Source: Chloroflexota bacterium
Lineage (GTDB): Bacteria; Chloroflexota; Dehalococcoidia; Lucifugimonadales; JADFKI01
DNA: 25,873 nucleotides
Assembly: GCA_024648655.1 (NCBI GenBank)
Contig: JAGGDZ010000423.1
Coordinates: 1-25,873 of the forward strand
Direction: 5' to 3'
Shown: one piece after another, positions 1-9,779 of the stretch
How positions within the stretch are numbered: the stretch's first letter is position 1
Layout of the letters: each line of letters starts with the position of its first letter
The notes under the pieces: model-generated
Seen by the model: the letters and a program-made list of their open reading frames with translations, nothing else
Databases searched by the model: none
Told to the model about the DNA's origin: nothing
Position numbers and translations under genes: made by a program

Positions 1-973
1 TCAGTATCACTGACATCCCATGCGGCACGAGCGGCGCATGTTGCGGATACCCCTCCGGGCAGAACTCGCGCACCATCCCCGACACCGGATACGACATCCC
101 GTGCGGCAGGTGGCAGCCCGCATTCCCGAATCCGACCCCTGCGAATGTCGCCGCGAGCATCATCTGGCTTCGAGCCTCGAAGTCCTCCGCGTCATCGTAT
201 GCCCGCACCATGTTCCCGGCAACCATCTCGATAGCCCGCGTCGCCCACACATCGCTGATCGGGTTCGCCCCCTGGTACGACGGGCGCGCTCCGGGGTTCT
301 CCGGCGCTTCCCGCTCGCTGAATGGCAGAGCGGTGTACGACTCCAACCCGTGGCAAAGCACATCGAATCCGCTGCACGCTACCACCGTGCTCGGCAGAGT
401 CCGCGAGTGCATCGGATCGACTATACCCATCACCGGACGCAGCGCCCTGTGTGCTATGCCCGTCTTCGCCTCCATCTCCAGGAAGTCGAAAATCGCAACC
501 CCCGTAGTCTCGCTTCCCGTTCCCGATGTTGTCGGAATTGCGATTAGCGGCTTCAACGGCCCCGGCACAGGGATACCTTCGCCTATAGGCGCGTTCACAT
601 ACGCCAGGAAGTCCGCAGGCCAGGTCGCATACAGATTCGCAGCTTTCGCCGTATCTATGCTCGAACCACCGCCAACAGCCACGAACCCGTCGAATGCGCC
701 CTTCGTGGCGAACGCAATTGCCTCCTTGAACGACACATCCGTAGGCTCGACGTGCACCCTGTCGAATAGCACCGCATCGATCCCTTCATCCCGCAGCGAA
801 TCTAGCGTGATCGCAACCGCCTCGCTGTTCGCCATTCCGGGGTCTGTAACCACCATCACGCGCCGTGCGCCAAGCCGGTTCATCTCGTAGCCCACCTCGC
901 GCGTAACCCCCACCCCGAACTTGATGCTCGACGTATCTATCGTGTATGCCGTCTCAAGGCTATGCGTAGTCAT
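1..973 (-). CDS. Hydroxyacid-oxoacid transhydrogenase (iron-containing alcohol dehydrogenase family), 3' end outside the window
   Basis: Not in the ORF track because it runs off the edge. Manual translation from ATG 973 (RBS AGAAGGA) gives MTTHSLETAYTIDTSSIKFGVGVTREVG...GGGSSIDTAKAANLY...IPTTSGTGSETTGVAIFD...GCHLPHGMSYPVSG...LVPHGMSVIL, with the Fe-ADH GGGS and His motifs and HOT-type inserts. Confidence 0.9.
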   Translation of the reverse strand, partial: MTTHSLETAYTIDTSSIKFGVGVTREVGYEMNRLGARRVMVVTDPGMANSEAVAITLDSLRDEGIDAVLFDRVHVEPTDVSFKEAIAFATKGAFDGFVAVGGGSSIDTAKAANLYATWPADFLAYVNAPIGEGIPVPGPLKPLIAIPTTSGTGSETTGVAIFDFLEMEAKTGIAHRALRPVMGIVDPMHSRTLPSTVVACSGFDVLCHGLESYTALPFSEREAPENPGARPSYQGANPISDVWATRAIEMVAGNMVRAYDDAEDFEARSQMMLAATFAGVGFGNAGCHLPHGMSYPVSGMVREFCPEGYPQHAPLVPHGMSVIL

Positions 974-1102
974 TTGCCGTCCTTCTATACTGAGTTAGTG
1001 GGGTGTTTGTGAGACGCTAATTCTTGCTCATGCCGTGGCGGTGGAGTATATTCCACACCCTGCTCAAGTCCCTGCTCATGCATTTTCATAATCCACTTAT
1101 TC

Positions 1103-1406
1103 TCAGAATTCTTGAATATCATACCCCTGAGATTCTCCCCCCTTCTTCTTCAGTATCCTCACTCCGTCCCACGCCGCTTTCACCAGAAATATGGAAGCGG
1201 GAATCCCAGGCGCCATGGGCATAAACATGCTGTAAGCGATGTCCAAGGACGATTTCCAGAAGGGCGGATTGGCAGGCTCAGCATATCACCAGCCTTTGAG
1301 GACGCGCGCACCATGCACCATAAAGTACGCTATCCACAGAGGATACGCGCACAGATACGAGCCGCGCCTTGACTGCAATATAATCCCCAAAGCCCTCTCG
1401 GTTCAT
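1103..1406 (-). pseudogene. Probable degraded small membrane-protein gene
   Basis: AGGAG RBS and ATG at 1406 lie downstream of a strong promoter. The ATG frame stops after 42 aa (1278). A shifted frame reads LGIILQSRRGSYLCAYPLWIAYFMVHGARVLKGW*YAEPANPPFWKSSLDIAYSMFMPMAPGIPASIFLVKAAWDGVRILKKKGGESQGYDIQEF*, with two hydrophobic stretches and an internal TGA at 1288-1286. Family not recognised. Confidence 0.35.
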
Positions 1407-1486
1407 ATCTCCTATTCCTGCGCGGAGGGCAAATGGACGACTGGCGGCAGGTTGGTGAATTACTTTCATTTCATGCTACTTGGGTC

Positions 1487-1515
1487 ATGCTACTTGCGCG
1501 CTGGATGGCTGTCAA
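1487..1515 (-). promoter_or_regulatory. Sigma70-type promoter upstream of the degraded ORF and the transhydrogenase
   Basis: TTGACA (1515-1510), 17 nt spacer, TAGCAT (1492-1487). Confidence 0.65.
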
Positions 1516-1749
1516 TTCAGCGATAACACGGTAACCGTCCCAAAGGCGGTGTGGAGTTTCGGGAGGATTGAACAAGGCACGGCAGCCTGCGATTTCAGAC
1601 GCCGGACGACTACGCCGCCATCAACTCGCCCGGCGACAGACCGTCATCATCACTCCACACCCACTGCGTCAAGCATAAACTATTTAGCATACCCTCTATG
1701 CTCTTGTACTCTCTGGCGCTTGTCTGCTGGCGTCAGTGGATATAATCCA

Positions 1750-2751
1750 TTATCTGCACAAGTTGAGAATACCCACTATGAGCGCGTCCAGCGCCGTATC
1801 CTCATCGGTTGCCCCAGTCTTGATTGACAGATCCGCTTCAAGCAGTCTCCGATGTATTTCTACTAGCCGTTCTGCGCTGAAACGCCCTTCCTGCTGCATC
1901 GTTTTCGTCAGGGGATATCCGCGTATGGACAGCCTGCGACCGATTTCGTCCTGCTGGAAGCCGCGCGACTTCATGTCTTTGGCGACGATGAGGAAGCGCA
2001 CTTGCCGCGCCAGCATGGTGATGACGTAGGTAGATGACCTGCCCTCCGACAAAAGTTGATGCGCCAGGCGCAGCGCGACGCCTGTTCGACCCTCCAGCGC
2101 GGCATCGACCGTGGCAAAGATGTTCGCCTCCCGCACATAGGACACCATCGCCTCGACATCCTGCCGGCGAATGGTCCCGCCGGAGTGCCCATCCGAGCGA
2201 TAAAGCGCGAGCTTCTGAAGTTCCATGTCAATAAGTCGGGTGTCGTTGCCGATGGCATCCACAAGGGCGGATACGGCGCTCGGCTCTATGGCGACGCCCA
2301 GCTTGTCGGCGCGCCGGCGCACCCATCCCGGCATATCGCGCACCGACGGCAGCCGAAATTCATGCACCTGCGAGAGCGGCCGAATAGCGTTCAGAAGCGG
2401 GTTGCTCCGGCTAACGGCAGCGTCCACAAAAATCAACTCTGTGGAATCAGGCACATAAGTGAGACGCGCTCCGATGTCCGCCCACTCTCTATCCATGCTC
2501 CGTGGGCGAGAGGATCCGCCGCCGCGCCCTTGTTCCATGCGAGCAAGCAAACCGCGAACCACTACGATGCGCTTATCCGCTAAGAACGGTATGGTACTCC
2601 ACGCCGCTTCAAGCTCAGCAAGGCTCACAGTCGCTCCGTTGAGCGTGGTCGTATTCATATCGTGCAGGTCGTCGTTGCCTGTATGCGAGCTGACGGACGC
2701 CAGCGTCTCTTCGACTGAGAGCGAGTCCTCGCCGTAAATCAAGTATATCAA
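1750..2751 (-). CDS. holA: DNA polymerase III delta subunit
   Basis: IYLIYGED N-terminus, PFLADKRIVVV, 'IDMELQKLALY', 'LLEADLSIKTG' C-terminus; 333 aa. Confidence 0.92.
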   Translation of the reverse strand: MIYLIYGEDSLSVEETLASVSSHTGNDDLHDMNTTTLNGATVSLAELEAAWSTIPFLADKRIVVVRGLLARMEQGRGGGSSRPRSMDREWADIGARLTYVPDSTELIFVDAAVSRSNPLLNAIRPLSQVHEFRLPSVRDMPGWVRRRADKLGVAIEPSAVSALVDAIGNDTRLIDMELQKLALYRSDGHSGGTIRRQDVEAMVSYVREANIFATVDAALEGRTGVALRLAHQLLSEGRSSTYVITMLARQVRFLIVAKDMKSRGFQQDEIGRRLSIRGYPLTKTMQQEGRFSAERLVEIHRRLLEADLSIKTGATDEDTALDALIVGILNLCR

Positions 2752-2758
2752 CGCTCGC

Positions 2759-2787
2759 TTACCTTAACTGTGCCAAGCGGCTATAAT
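2759..2787 (+). promoter_or_regulatory. Sigma70-type promoter for the DUF1232-ychF-hemW genes
   Basis: TTACCT (2759-2764), 17 nt spacer, TATAAT (2782-2787). It favours ATG 2818 over GTG 2770 as the next start. Confidence 0.5.
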
Positions 2788-2817
2788 GAGAATGGAACAT
2801 ATCGAAGGTACATTTCA

Positions 2818-3159
2818 ATGCTTAGACCCTCACTGCTAATGATGTTGGCGCGCTCAGGCATCGGCCGCCTGATTTTGCGGCTAATGCTCGATAGGCGCGT
2901 GCCTATATGGTCGAAGTTGATCATCCCCGGCGGCATAATCTACATGCTTTCGCCCTTTGACATCATACCCGACTTCCTGATTGGTTTGGGCTGGCTTGAT
3001 GACATTTTCGCCATTGTCGCCACCACTACTCTGTTCCTGTTGTCGATTCCGAGTGACATATTGCGCGAGCACTTATCCGGCGGCAGAGCGTCATCAACCG
3101 AGCAGGACGGCAACATTATCGACGGTTCGGCGCGCGTTGTGGACGAAAACGAAAAGTAA
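2818..3159 (+). CDS. YkvA/DUF1232 family small membrane protein
   Basis: D.RVP.W.K...Y.LSPFDIIPDFLIGLGWLDD signature. Confidence 0.85.
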   Translation: MLRPSLLMMLARSGIGRLILRLMLDRRVPIWSKLIIPGGIIYMLSPFDIIPDFLIGLGWLDDIFAIVATTTLFLLSIPSDILREHLSGGRASSTEQDGNIIDGSARVVDENEK

Positions 3160-3210
3160 AGCCCCGATCCCACTCGCATTCTGAGTAACTGAGAGACTGA
3201 CAGACTTTCT

Positions 3211-4305
3211 ATGGAAATCACGATCATCGGACTGCCCCAAAGCGGAAAAACCACTATATTCAACGCAGCGACAAGAGGCTCGGCACAAGTCGCGACATTC
3301 GCCAATCGAATGAATCTGGGTGCCGCAAAGGTTCCTGACGACCGCCTTGATGTACTTAACGGCATCTTCAGCCCAAAGCGCAAGGTCAACGCCGAGGTGA
3401 CCTACGCAGACCTGCCCGCCGCTCCCGAGGGGCTAGGCAAGACGCATAGCATTGGCGGCGAGTACCTAAACACCCTTCAGCGCGCAGACGCCATCCTTAT
3501 GGTTGCGCGCGCCTTCGAGGACCCGTCCGTGCCGCATGTTGCTAACAGCATCGACGCCTTCCGAGACATCGACACGCTGCTATTCGAGCTTACAATTTCC
3601 GATCTCGACATCCTGGAACGCCGGCTCCGTCGAGTTACCGAGAGTTTCAAGGCAGCGAAGACCGCCGAGCGAGACGCGCTGAACAAGGAACAGGAGATGC
3701 TGTCTCGCGTCAAGGACAGCCTTGAAGCGGGCGTTCACGTGCGCGACCAGTCTCTGGCTGAAGACGAACTGCGCCTCCTTTCCGGCTTCCAAATGCTCAC
3801 CGCTAAGCCGCTCGTTGTTGTCGTGAATGTAGGCGAAGACCAACTCGACGAGATTGGAACAATCGAAGCCCGTCTCACCGATGAGATTCAGACGGCGAGA
3901 ATCCGCACCGCCGCTCTCTGCGGAAAGCTGGAAATGGAACTAGCACAGATGGACTCCGAAGACGAGTACGAATTCAGGGAGTCGCTCGGTGTCGTAGGGG
4001 AGTCCGGTCTGAGCCGCGTCATCAATCTCTGCTACGAGGCGCTGGACCTCATTTCCTTCATGACCGTCGGCGATGAAGAAGTTCGAGCTTGGCCCATTGA
4101 GCGTGGCACTCCGGCGGTGAAAGCCGCGGGCAAAATCCACTCCGATCTTGAGCGAGGATTCATACGCGGCGAGGTCGTAACATTCGAGAATATGGTCAGT
4201 TGCCGCACGCTCGCGGAGGCGCGCAAGAACGGTGTACTGCGGCAGGAAGGCAAGAGCTACATTGTACAGGACGGCGACATCATGCATGTGCTGTTCAATG
4301 TCTAG
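3211..4305 (+). CDS. ychF: Redox-regulated ATPase YchF (Obg family)
   Basis: GLPQSGKTT P-loop, VPDDRLD, LTAKP, AAGKIHSDLERGFIRGEV, EGKSYIVQDGDI. Confidence 0.95.
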   Translation: MEITIIGLPQSGKTTIFNAATRGSAQVATFANRMNLGAAKVPDDRLDVLNGIFSPKRKVNAEVTYADLPAAPEGLGKTHSIGGEYLNTLQRADAILMVARAFEDPSVPHVANSIDAFRDIDTLLFELTISDLDILERRLRRVTESFKAAKTAERDALNKEQEMLSRVKDSLEAGVHVRDQSLAEDELRLLSGFQMLTAKPLVVVVNVGEDQLDEIGTIEARLTDEIQTARIRTAALCGKLEMELAQMDSEDEYEFRESLGVVGESGLSRVINLCYEALDLISFMTVGDEEVRAWPIERGTPAVKAAGKIHSDLERGFIRGEVVTFENMVSCRTLAEARKNGVLRQEGKSYIVQDGDIMHVLFNV

Positions 4306-4316
4306 GCAGAGTTACG

Positions 4317-5507
4317 ATGCTGTCTTCCGAGCCTATCTCCCTGTATGTCCATATACCGTTCTGTGAGACGAAATGCCCATACTGCGACTTCAATACTTAT
4401 GCCGCTATTGAGCCGCTTATGCCCAGTTATGTCGCAGCGCTCAACACGGAAATCGCCCTTTGGGGCGAGTTGCTCGGCAGTCCAAAAGTTCACACCATAT
4501 TCTTCGGTGGCGGCACCCCTTCTTACCTACCATCCGACGACATTCGCCATACGATGAAGACCATTCACGCCGCCTTCAACGTGGGGACGGACGCAGAGGT
4601 AACGCTCGAAGCAAACCCCGGCGACTTCACCGCTGAAAAACTTGACACTTACTTGGATTGCGGAATCAACCGCCTGAGCATTGGCGTGCAAAGTTTCGAC
4701 GATGATTTGCTGAAGATGCTGGGACGTCGCCATAACGCTGCCGATGCGGTGCAGGCATACCGTCACGCTCAAGATGCCGGATTTCACAACATCAGCATCG
4801 ACTTGATGTATGGGCTGCCATATCAGAGCATGGGACACTGGCAGAACACACTCCGGCAAGCCCTGGAACTGGCGCCGCCGCACATCTCGATGTATTGCCT
4901 GACATTAGAAGGCGGGACGCCGATGGAGCGCTGGGTGGAGCAGGGCAGCATGCCCACGCCTGATGCCGACCTCGCCGCCGATATGTATATCGCGGCGCAG
5001 AACGATATGAAAGCCTCCGGCTACCGCCACTACGAAATCTCCAACTGGGCGCTCAGCGACAAGCTCAGCCGTCACAACCTCACATACTGGCGCAACGAGC
5101 CGTATCTCGGCGTTGGACCAGGCGCTCACTCTTACCTGCAGGGCTGCCGCTTCAGCGCCGTCAGACCACCGCGCGAATACATACGCAGAATGCGGGAAGG
5201 GTCCAAAGGCGCAGGCAACAATTCCATGCCTGAAGTGATTTGCTGTGTCCCCGTCGTGGACGAGATTGAACAGATCGACAAGTCTTTGGAAATGGCAGAA
5301 ACAATGATGATGGGACTCCGCCTCGATGAAGGCATAAGCGTTGAGAAATTCACCGAGCGATTCGGAACGCCGCTCTCGCATATCTATGGTGACACGCTCA
5401 GAGAACTAGAGGAACTTGCTCTGATCCAAACGCGGGACGGTGCAATCCGGCTCACGCATCGGGGCCGTATGCTCGGCAATGAAGTCTTCAGCCGCTTCTT
5501 TTCCTGA
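4317..5507 (+). CDS. hemW: Radical SAM heme chaperone HemW (HemN-like)
   Basis: LYVHIPFCETKCPYCDFN (CxxxCxxC), FFGGGTPS, EANP, RLSIGVQSF, YEISNWA, YLGVGPGAHS. Start set at ATG 4317, just after the ychF stop. Confidence 0.92.
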   Translation: MLSSEPISLYVHIPFCETKCPYCDFNTYAAIEPLMPSYVAALNTEIALWGELLGSPKVHTIFFGGGTPSYLPSDDIRHTMKTIHAAFNVGTDAEVTLEANPGDFTAEKLDTYLDCGINRLSIGVQSFDDDLLKMLGRRHNAADAVQAYRHAQDAGFHNISIDLMYGLPYQSMGHWQNTLRQALELAPPHISMYCLTLEGGTPMERWVEQGSMPTPDADLAADMYIAAQNDMKASGYRHYEISNWALSDKLSRHNLTYWRNEPYLGVGPGAHSYLQGCRFSAVRPPREYIRRMREGSKGAGNNSMPEVICCVPVVDEIEQIDKSLEMAETMMMGLRLDEGISVEKFTERFGTPLSHIYGDTLRELEELALIQTRDGAIRLTHRGRMLGNEVFSRFFS

Positions 5508-5523
5508 CATTGTTACACTCACT

Positions 5524-5552
5524 TTGACCGACCAGATAGCCCGTGCTAAGAT
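5524..5552 (+). promoter_or_regulatory. Sigma70-type promoter of the yebC-ruvC-ruvA operon
   Basis: TTGACC (5524-5529), 17 nt spacer, TAAGAT (5547-5552), with an extended -10 TG. Confidence 0.65.
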
Positions 5553-5595
5553 GAAACATGCTGAAATATAGATTCTCTTTCGCAGGAGTTGGCTT

Positions 5596-6351
5596 ATGTC
5601 AGGTCACTCTAAATGGTCCACGATAAAGCATGCAAAGGCAGTAACCGACGCTCGTAGAGGCAAACTCTTCACAAAGTTGACTCGCGAAATTATCGTTGCG
5701 GCGCGTCAGGGAGGTGGCGACCCTAGTATGAACATCCGGCTTCGGATGGCAATACAGAAGGCGAAAGACGCCAACATGCCGAACGACAACATCGACCGTG
5801 CCGTAAAGCGGGGAACGGGCGAGGGCAGCGAGCAGGACCAGATGGTAGAGTCCACCTACGAAGGCTACGGTCCCGGCGGCGTGGCGATAATGCTGCAAAC
5901 TCTGACCGACAATCGCAATCGAACCGTCTCCGCCATTCGCTCTACCCTCACCAAAGCAGGCGGGAATTTGGCACAATCCGGAGCCGTGGCGTGGCAGTTC
6001 GAGCCTAAGGGTATAGTTGTAGTGGACGCAGAGCCTGACGATGCGGAGGAGTTCGCGCTGGTTGCGATTGATGCGGGCGCCGATGATTTCGAGACATTCG
6101 ATTCTACGCTGCAGATTTTTTCACCCGTAGAGCGGCTCGAAGCCATACGGCAGACTCTTACCGACACGGAGGCGTCCATCGTCTCTTCTGAGCTGTCGAT
6201 GATCCCGAACAGCACCATAACGTTGGACACAAGGGCAGCAACGCAGACCTTGCGCCTGCTTGACCAGCTAGAAGAACTGGACGACGTGCAAAAGGTCTAT
6301 TCCAACGCCGATTTCCCTGACGAAGTCCTTGAGCAATACCGCGACGAATAG
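5596..6351 (+). CDS. yebC: YebC/PmpR family protein
   Basis: MSGHSKWSTIKH, YEGYGPGG, TDNRNRT, DDVQKVYSN; RBS AGGAG. Confidence 0.95.
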   Translation: MSGHSKWSTIKHAKAVTDARRGKLFTKLTREIIVAARQGGGDPSMNIRLRMAIQKAKDANMPNDNIDRAVKRGTGEGSEQDQMVESTYEGYGPGGVAIMLQTLTDNRNRTVSAIRSTLTKAGGNLAQSGAVAWQFEPKGIVVVDAEPDDAEEFALVAIDAGADDFETFDSTLQIFSPVERLEAIRQTLTDTEASIVSSELSMIPNSTITLDTRAATQTLRLLDQLEELDDVQKVYSNADFPDEVLEQYRDE

Positions 6352-6355
6352 TTCC

Positions 6356-6856
6356 GTGCGAACACTAGGGGTTGATCCCGGAACGTACAACATGGGCGTA
6401 GGTGTTATCGGGTCAGATGATGACAATCTCACGCTCGTTGATGCGGACGTACTGAAGGCGGCTAGGCGCACACCACTTGAGGAGCGGCTTCACATACTGT
6501 ACACAAAACTGCTGGCATACATCGGTCAGTATAAACCGGATGAAGTCGCAATAGAGGAACCATTTGTGGCGCGTAATGTGCGTTCAGCTATGGCGGTCGG
6601 GCAGGCACAAGCTGTAGCGATGATCGCGGCGGCAGCATCAGGTATAAGCGTTAAGTCCTATGCGCCTCGCGAAGTAAAGTCGGCAGTGACGGGATTCGGC
6701 GATAGTACCAAGGAACAAGTGCAAGAGATGGTAATCCTCTCACTCGGCCCAAATGCCGACCCAATGCCACTCGACGCCTCTGATGCCCTTGCCGTGGCTA
6801 TTTGCCATATCAACTCCAGGCGCGCGGAGTCGCTCATCTCAAACGAGCGGTATTAG
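6356..6856 (+). CDS. ruvC: Holliday junction resolvase RuvC
   Basis: LGVDPG, AIEEPF, VK.AVTG.G...KEQVQ.MV, DASDALAVAICH. GTG 6356 chosen as start. Confidence 0.93.
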   Translation: MRTLGVDPGTYNMGVGVIGSDDDNLTLVDADVLKAARRTPLEERLHILYTKLLAYIGQYKPDEVAIEEPFVARNVRSAMAVGQAQAVAMIAAAASGISVKSYAPREVKSAVTGFGDSTKEQVQEMVILSLGPNADPMPLDASDALAVAICHINSRRAESLISNERY

Positions 6857-6859
6857 ATT

Positions 6860-7444
6860 ATGTCATCATTGATTTCGTCTGTGAGTGGCGTTCTGGAAGG
6901 CACAGGGGCCGATTGGATGGATGTGGCAATCGGCGGAATAACTCTGCGGGTAAACGCTCCGTCCCCTTGTATCGAAGCGATCGGACAGGTTGGCAGTTCC
7001 GTTCGACTATTCACATCACTACAAGTCAGAGAGGACAGCCTAAGCCTTTACGGCTTTAACACTCCGGAGGCGCGTCAGACATTCGAGACTCTGATAGGTA
7101 TTAGCGGAATCGGGCCCCGCGTAGCTCTCAGCATTCTCTCGATCTTCAGACCGGACGCTCTCGCCGCCGCGGTAGAATCCGGTGATGTGAAGAGCTTCAT
7201 CGCTGTGCCCGGAGTGGGCCGCAAGACAGCCAGTCGAATTCTGCTTGAACTGAAGGGCAAGCTGGAGTTAGACTGGGGTGAATCGAGTGTTCCGACTTTA
7301 GATTCCAACGCAGTTGACGCGCTGACCGCCCTGGGTTACACGCCTCTGGAAGCGCGTGAAGCGCTCTCCGTCCTTTCCGAGAACGGCAACGACCTCACCA
7401 CCGAGGATCAAGTTCGGCTGGCGCTTCAGCAACTGGCAGGTTAA
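6860..7444 (+). CDS. ruvA: Holliday junction branch migration protein RuvA
   Basis: QVREDSLSLYGF, ISGIGPRVAL, VPGVGRKTASRILLELKGK, ALTALGY. Confidence 0.95.
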   Translation: MSSLISSVSGVLEGTGADWMDVAIGGITLRVNAPSPCIEAIGQVGSSVRLFTSLQVREDSLSLYGFNTPEARQTFETLIGISGIGPRVALSILSIFRPDALAAAVESGDVKSFIAVPGVGRKTASRILLELKGKLELDWGESSVPTLDSNAVDALTALGYTPLEAREALSVLSENGNDLTTEDQVRLALQQLAG

Positions 7445-7452
7445 CCGCCACA

Positions 7453-8223
7453 ATGGACATCTCACCCTACGACGCATGGGCAGAGATCTACGACTCCGTG
7501 TTCTCCTATGTTGTTGACGACATTCCCTTCTATGTCGAAGAATCTACCCTTGCTGGCGGCACGGTGCTGGAATTGGGCTGTGGAACCGGGCGCGTTTCTA
7601 TTCCAATAGCGCAAGCAGGCGTAAATGTAGTTGGGATTGATTCATCGTCCGCGATGCTCACAAGAGCTAGAGAGAAATCTCGAGAAGCAGGCACTCCAAA
7701 TCTGAAGCTCTTATGTGCAGACATGCGTAATTTCAACATATCAAGTAAGTTCGACTTGGTAATAATTCCCTTCAGAGGATTACTGTCTCTACTGTCAGTT
7801 GATGACGAGATTCGCACCCTGATGAACATCAAGCGCCACCTTGCGCCGGGCAGCAAGCTCATATTCGACATATTCGTGCCTGACCTCAACATGATGGTGC
7901 AGGATGGAGATGTTCCCTACCACTTCCGCGACGTAATCGACAGGGAGACAGGCAAGCATCTAATCATTTGGAACCAGGCAAACTATGATGCCTTCAGCCA
8001 AGTCATGAGTATTCGCACCACTATCGAACAACTCGACGATTCGGGGCGCGTGTCGAGTAAGATGTATCGTGACTTTGCGCTACGGTACATCTTTCGATGG
8101 GAAATGCACCATCTGCTTGGCATTTGCGGATATGACGTGCGTGCGCTATACGGCGACTATGAGCGCGGTCAATTCCGCGAGAACAGCACGGAAATGGTAT
8201 GGGTGGCGTCCCCGCAAGGGTGA
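7453..8223 (+). CDS. Class I SAM-dependent methyltransferase
   Basis: VLELGCGTGR motif I, GIDSS, ADMRNF. Confidence 0.88.
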   Translation: MDISPYDAWAEIYDSVFSYVVDDIPFYVEESTLAGGTVLELGCGTGRVSIPIAQAGVNVVGIDSSSAMLTRAREKSREAGTPNLKLLCADMRNFNISSKFDLVIIPFRGLLSLLSVDDEIRTLMNIKRHLAPGSKLIFDIFVPDLNMMVQDGDVPYHFRDVIDRETGKHLIIWNQANYDAFSQVMSIRTTIEQLDDSGRVSSKMYRDFALRYIFRWEMHHLLGICGYDVRALYGDYERGQFRENSTEMVWVASPQG

Positions 8224-8407
8224 TTCCACTGCGCCGCGAACCGCCAACGGTTTTCTATAGACAAACCATCGTTAGATTTCGTAGAGCTACGAGCTATCCA
8301 ATAAAGCCTCAGTGCGTTATATTCATAGCATAGCCACAGACACCTCGACGGGCTTAGACTGATAACCGTGAAGCATCAAAGCGGCACTTAGATTGCGCAG
8401 GTTTTGT

Positions 8408-9757
8408 ATGACACTTCAATTCGGACGGGTTACGCTTCTATATTTTATCGTAGTATTCGCGGTAGCGCTCATATCTTGCACGGGGGCGCCGGCGGCTCCA
8501 ACAAGCCAGAATGATGCTCTCTCCATAACTAATGGCGTCGCCGACACGGAGAGTATGCCGGCAGTTAATGCTTCTTGGCAGGTGCCGCCCGACATCGATT
8601 ACTCCAGGCAGAATCTTGCCAATTCCGGCCCTAATCCAAATGCCGAGCTGTCCTTTCCTTCTTCTTCCGAAATCAACGCAGACGAAATAGTGGCGGCTTA
8701 CGAGAGTGTCATAGGCGATGTCCACGAGAATGTTCTGCCTTCGGTCGTAAGCATCTTCGTGCTCAACCGTGCCCAAGTTTCGGGCTCGATTCCGGGTTTC
8801 ATTTACCCATTTCCATTCGGGCAGAGGGCACCACAAGGCGGCGAATCTCAACAGGAATTCTACTACAGAAATGGGCAAGGCTCAGGTTTCGTATGGGACA
8901 CACAAGGGCACATAGTCACAAACCACCACGTGGTAGTCGATGCAGAACGAATAAATGTTCAATTCTCGGACGGTAGCGCTTATGCAGCAGAAGTAGTAGG
9001 GTTGGACCAAGATTCGGACTTGGCAGTAATTAAAGTCGAAAGGAATCCCGAAGAGCTTACGCCGGTAACTCTGGGTGATAGCAACGAGATACGAGTGGGG
9101 CAGCTCGCAATCACAATTGGTAATCCGTTCGGCCAGGAGTTCACGACCACGACCGGTATCGTAAGTGCCATCGGGCGGACGATCCGTGCCGGCGACTCTC
9201 ACTTTTCATTGCCTAAAGTAATTCAGACGGATGCTCCCATGAATCCCGGGAACTCCGGCGGCCCACTGCTCGACCGACAGGGACAAGTTATCGGGGTTGA
9301 CGCTCAGATTATCACGCGCTCCGGCTCCAATACCGGGATCGGATTCGCCATACCCGTCAACATCGCAAAGCAAGTCGTTCCCGCCCTCATAAGCAAAGGC
9401 TCGTTCACATACTCATGGTTAGGGATTCAAGGCACTAGAATAACACCTGAGGTCGTGGACTTGATGCGCGCTCCGAAGGGCACACGCGGCGCGCAAGTAA
9501 TTGCGGTCTCAGAGAATGGACCGGCTCATGTTGGCGGCTTGATAGGAAGCACTAAAGCCAAGCGGACGTCGCGAGGCAACATCAGGTACGGCGGCGACGT
9601 AATAACGGCAATTGACGGCAAGCCAGTACTTGGAATGACCGACCTGATCGTTTACCTTCTGGAGAATACGAGGCCAGGTGACACTGTGGCGATGAAAGTT
9701 GTGCGAGAAGGAGGAGAAATCGCGGAAATCAAGGTGACTCTGGATGCCCGTCCGTAG
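8408..9757 (+). CDS. htrA: HtrA/DegP-family serine protease with one PDZ domain, probable lipoprotein
   Basis: Catalytic triad contexts TNHHVV, DSDLAVI and GNSGGPL; C-terminal PDZ (GDVITAIDG); signal peptide ending in LISC. The start could instead be TTG 8393. Confidence 0.9.
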   Translation: MTLQFGRVTLLYFIVVFAVALISCTGAPAAPTSQNDALSITNGVADTESMPAVNASWQVPPDIDYSRQNLANSGPNPNAELSFPSSSEINADEIVAAYESVIGDVHENVLPSVVSIFVLNRAQVSGSIPGFIYPFPFGQRAPQGGESQQEFYYRNGQGSGFVWDTQGHIVTNHHVVVDAERINVQFSDGSAYAAEVVGLDQDSDLAVIKVERNPEELTPVTLGDSNEIRVGQLAITIGNPFGQEFTTTTGIVSAIGRTIRAGDSHFSLPKVIQTDAPMNPGNSGGPLLDRQGQVIGVDAQIITRSGSNTGIGFAIPVNIAKQVVPALISKGSFTYSWLGIQGTRITPEVVDLMRAPKGTRGAQVIAVSENGPAHVGGLIGSTKAKRTSRGNIRYGGDVITAIDGKPVLGMTDLIVYLLENTRPGDTVAMKVVREGGEIAEIKVTLDARP

Positions 9758-9779
9758 CTCTGAATCAAGCGCGCTCCAA

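Noticed and set aside
20-890. + strand ORFs of 175 and 226 aa
   Set aside because: Antisense shadows of the transhydrogenase with no family motifs.
1286-1288. In-frame TGA in the degraded ORF as a third Sec codon
   Set aside because: No Cys-type motif context, no downstream TGCGGCGCA or clear hairpin, and the ORF also needs a frameshift.
1720-1746. TTGTCT...TATAAT pointing antisense into holA
   Set aside because: The 15-nt spacer is too short and there is no supporting ORF.
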